This document shows positions 62,270 through 64,000 of a DNA stretch of 64,000 bases, in pieces. Positions within the stretch are counted from its first letter, which is position 1. Every line of letters starts with the position of its first letter. The stretch comes from Guillardia theta CCMP2712. Taxonomy: Eukaryota > Protista > Cryptophyta. The stretch is from positions 421,688 through 485,687 of the forward strand of contig NW_005434639.1 of NCBI RefSeq assembly GCF_000315625.1, written 5' to 3'. Under the pieces are notes generated by a model. It had not been told where the DNA came from, ran no database searches, and saw only the letters and a program-made list of their open reading frames with translations. Both the position numbers and the translations under genes were made by a program.

Positions 62270-64000
62270 TCGCTTACCTGCTGAGAGGTAGGAACTAGCC
62301 TTGTCCCGTTGGTCTGCATCCACTCCAGCCCGTTGTGCAGATTCATCCCTGCCGCACTCTCATCTCCTGCTCTCCTCCTCCTTCACCGCCACCCTTCCCC
62401 CTCCTTCTCTTCTCCCCCCTGCTCTCACTCGCCCCCTCTCGCTGCCCCCACAGCCTCCTCGTCAAGACGAACCGAAGACAGCAGACACGAAGACTCCCGC
62501 GCTCAACCACGCCAGGGCCATCTGGAAGGCAACCTGCAAAGACGTGACCTTCCATCTCATTCGCCCCCTCCACGTCCTTCTCCGTCCTCCCCTCCTCTCC
62601 TCTCCTCTCCTCACCCTCTCCCCGCTCCCTCCTCCCCCCTCACCTCCGCGCGCAGAAGTTTGTTTTGCGAGTAGCTCAGTTTCAGCTGAACCAGCATCTT
62701 GCTGTCATGGATTTCCTGCTTGAGGTGAGCCCAACGAAAGATGGGAAGGGGGGACAGGGGAGCTGGGAGGGACAGGCAGCAAGTGGATGGATAGAAGGGA
62801 GGAAGGGAGCGGAAGAAGAGTGAGGTTAGGAGCAGAGATGGAGCGGCATAGAAGGGAGGGAGACGGGTAGAAGGCGAGGAATGAGAGCGGGGAGATAGGG
62901 GAGGGGAAAAGGAGAAGAGGAGGAGAGGAGAGGGGGAGAGGAGAGGGGGAGAGGGGGAGAGGGGGAGAGGAGAGGAGGAGAGGGGGAGAGGGGGAGACTG
63001 AGGGAGACGGGAGGAACCTTGAGGATCTTTCTCAAGTTGAATCTTCAGATATCCACACGTCAGCAGTGGCTCGTCAACCGTCTCCTCCAAACCTCAAGTT
63101 GAGAAGCTCGACCATGTAGCCGTCCAGTCGACCCTCCACCTTGAGGCCAGTCAGAGGCCGATCCCCATCCTCCCTCCTCCCGCCTGCTCCCTCCTGTTCC
63201 CTGCTATTTCTCCCTCCTTCTTGCTCCTCTTGCCCTCCCATCCTGTCCAATTTCCCCTTCCCCCCCCCCTCCTCCTTCCTCTTTTTCCTCACTCCCTCCT
63301 GCTGCTCCCTCCTTCACGTTCACCTGCATCTTCTTGTACATGAAGTCGCCCTCCTGTGGCTCCGGTCTCTCGGGTTCTTCTTCTCCACCGGCAGCCCTGC
63401 AGATCCTCACTTCCTCCTCTCAATTTCTCCCTCCAGCTCCCACTCCCTTACCCTGAATCATGCACGGATTCCAACGCAGCATACACTCCGTCAACCTTCT
63501 CTGTTCGTTAGATTCCGATTCCACTTCTCCATCCACGTCCCCCCTCCCCCTTCCCCGTAAATGTCTCTCTCCCTCCCTCTCCCTCTCTCCCTCCCTCGCC
63601 CTCTCCCTCTGTTCCTCCTCGGGGCGCCTCGTCTCCACCTGCCGCAGCATATCCTCGAGCTGCACCTGCATTAGCGTTCGACAAGAGACTCGCTCGCTCT
63701 CACCCGCGAGCGGAGGCAGTAGAGCCGATGGAGCTGGGGCAGAGAGTGAGCGGCGGCTAGAGGACAGGAGAGCTCACGTCCTGACTACCGATCCTCTTTT
63801 TCATGGACAGTTGGATCATGGCACTGAGAGTGAACGGGGATCAGCGGAGGAGGCTTGTTTCCTAGGGGGCTGGTACCTGCTGTAGATATGGAGTTGGATC
63901 TGGTCGATGTAGCTACAAGGCAGTGAGAGGCGAAGCTGGAAGGACGAGGAGGCGTCAACCTCTGTAGGACGGTGTCAACCAGTGCGTCCATGACAACCAG
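62270..64000 (-). CDS. Multi-exon hypothetical protein (may extend beyond the window)
   Basis: Short exon-like ORFs (63785-63991, 63420-63671, 63204-63410) separated by purine-rich GT-AG introns. Confidence 0.45.

Overview
Eukaryotic, GC-rich, gene-dense nuclear DNA with many short GT-AG introns (typically ~40-70 bp, CTGAC-type branch points), purine/pyrimidine microsatellites and two scaffold gaps. The style suggests a cryptophyte alga such as Guillardia; this is an inference. Multi-exon gene spans below are approximate and were assembled by eye from exon fragments. Recognisable host genes: an ankyrin protein, a class I SAM methyltransferase, a PhyH-type 2OG/Fe(II) dioxygenase, a MINPP1-like histidine phosphatase, a collagen-like protein, a single-domain voltage-gated cation channel with an EF hand, a large LRR/Calx-beta/EGF/C-type-lectin secreted protein, an IQ-motif MAP2K-like pseudokinase, a MORN protein, a secreted Cys-rich protein and a MAP65/PRC1-like protein. 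The standout is an AT-rich 8,536-bp element (47448-55983) with near-identical 2,584-bp terminal inverted repeats. Each arm has a nested 96-bp inverted repeat and a modular repeat array. The intron-less core encodes a frameshifted C8 RING/coiled-coil protein, a basic helical protein and a truncated ORF with RAG1/Transib-like DDE motif spacing. The element has no target-site duplication and sits at the junction of a ~5.6-kb tandem duplication of two host genes that have been reciprocally inactivated.
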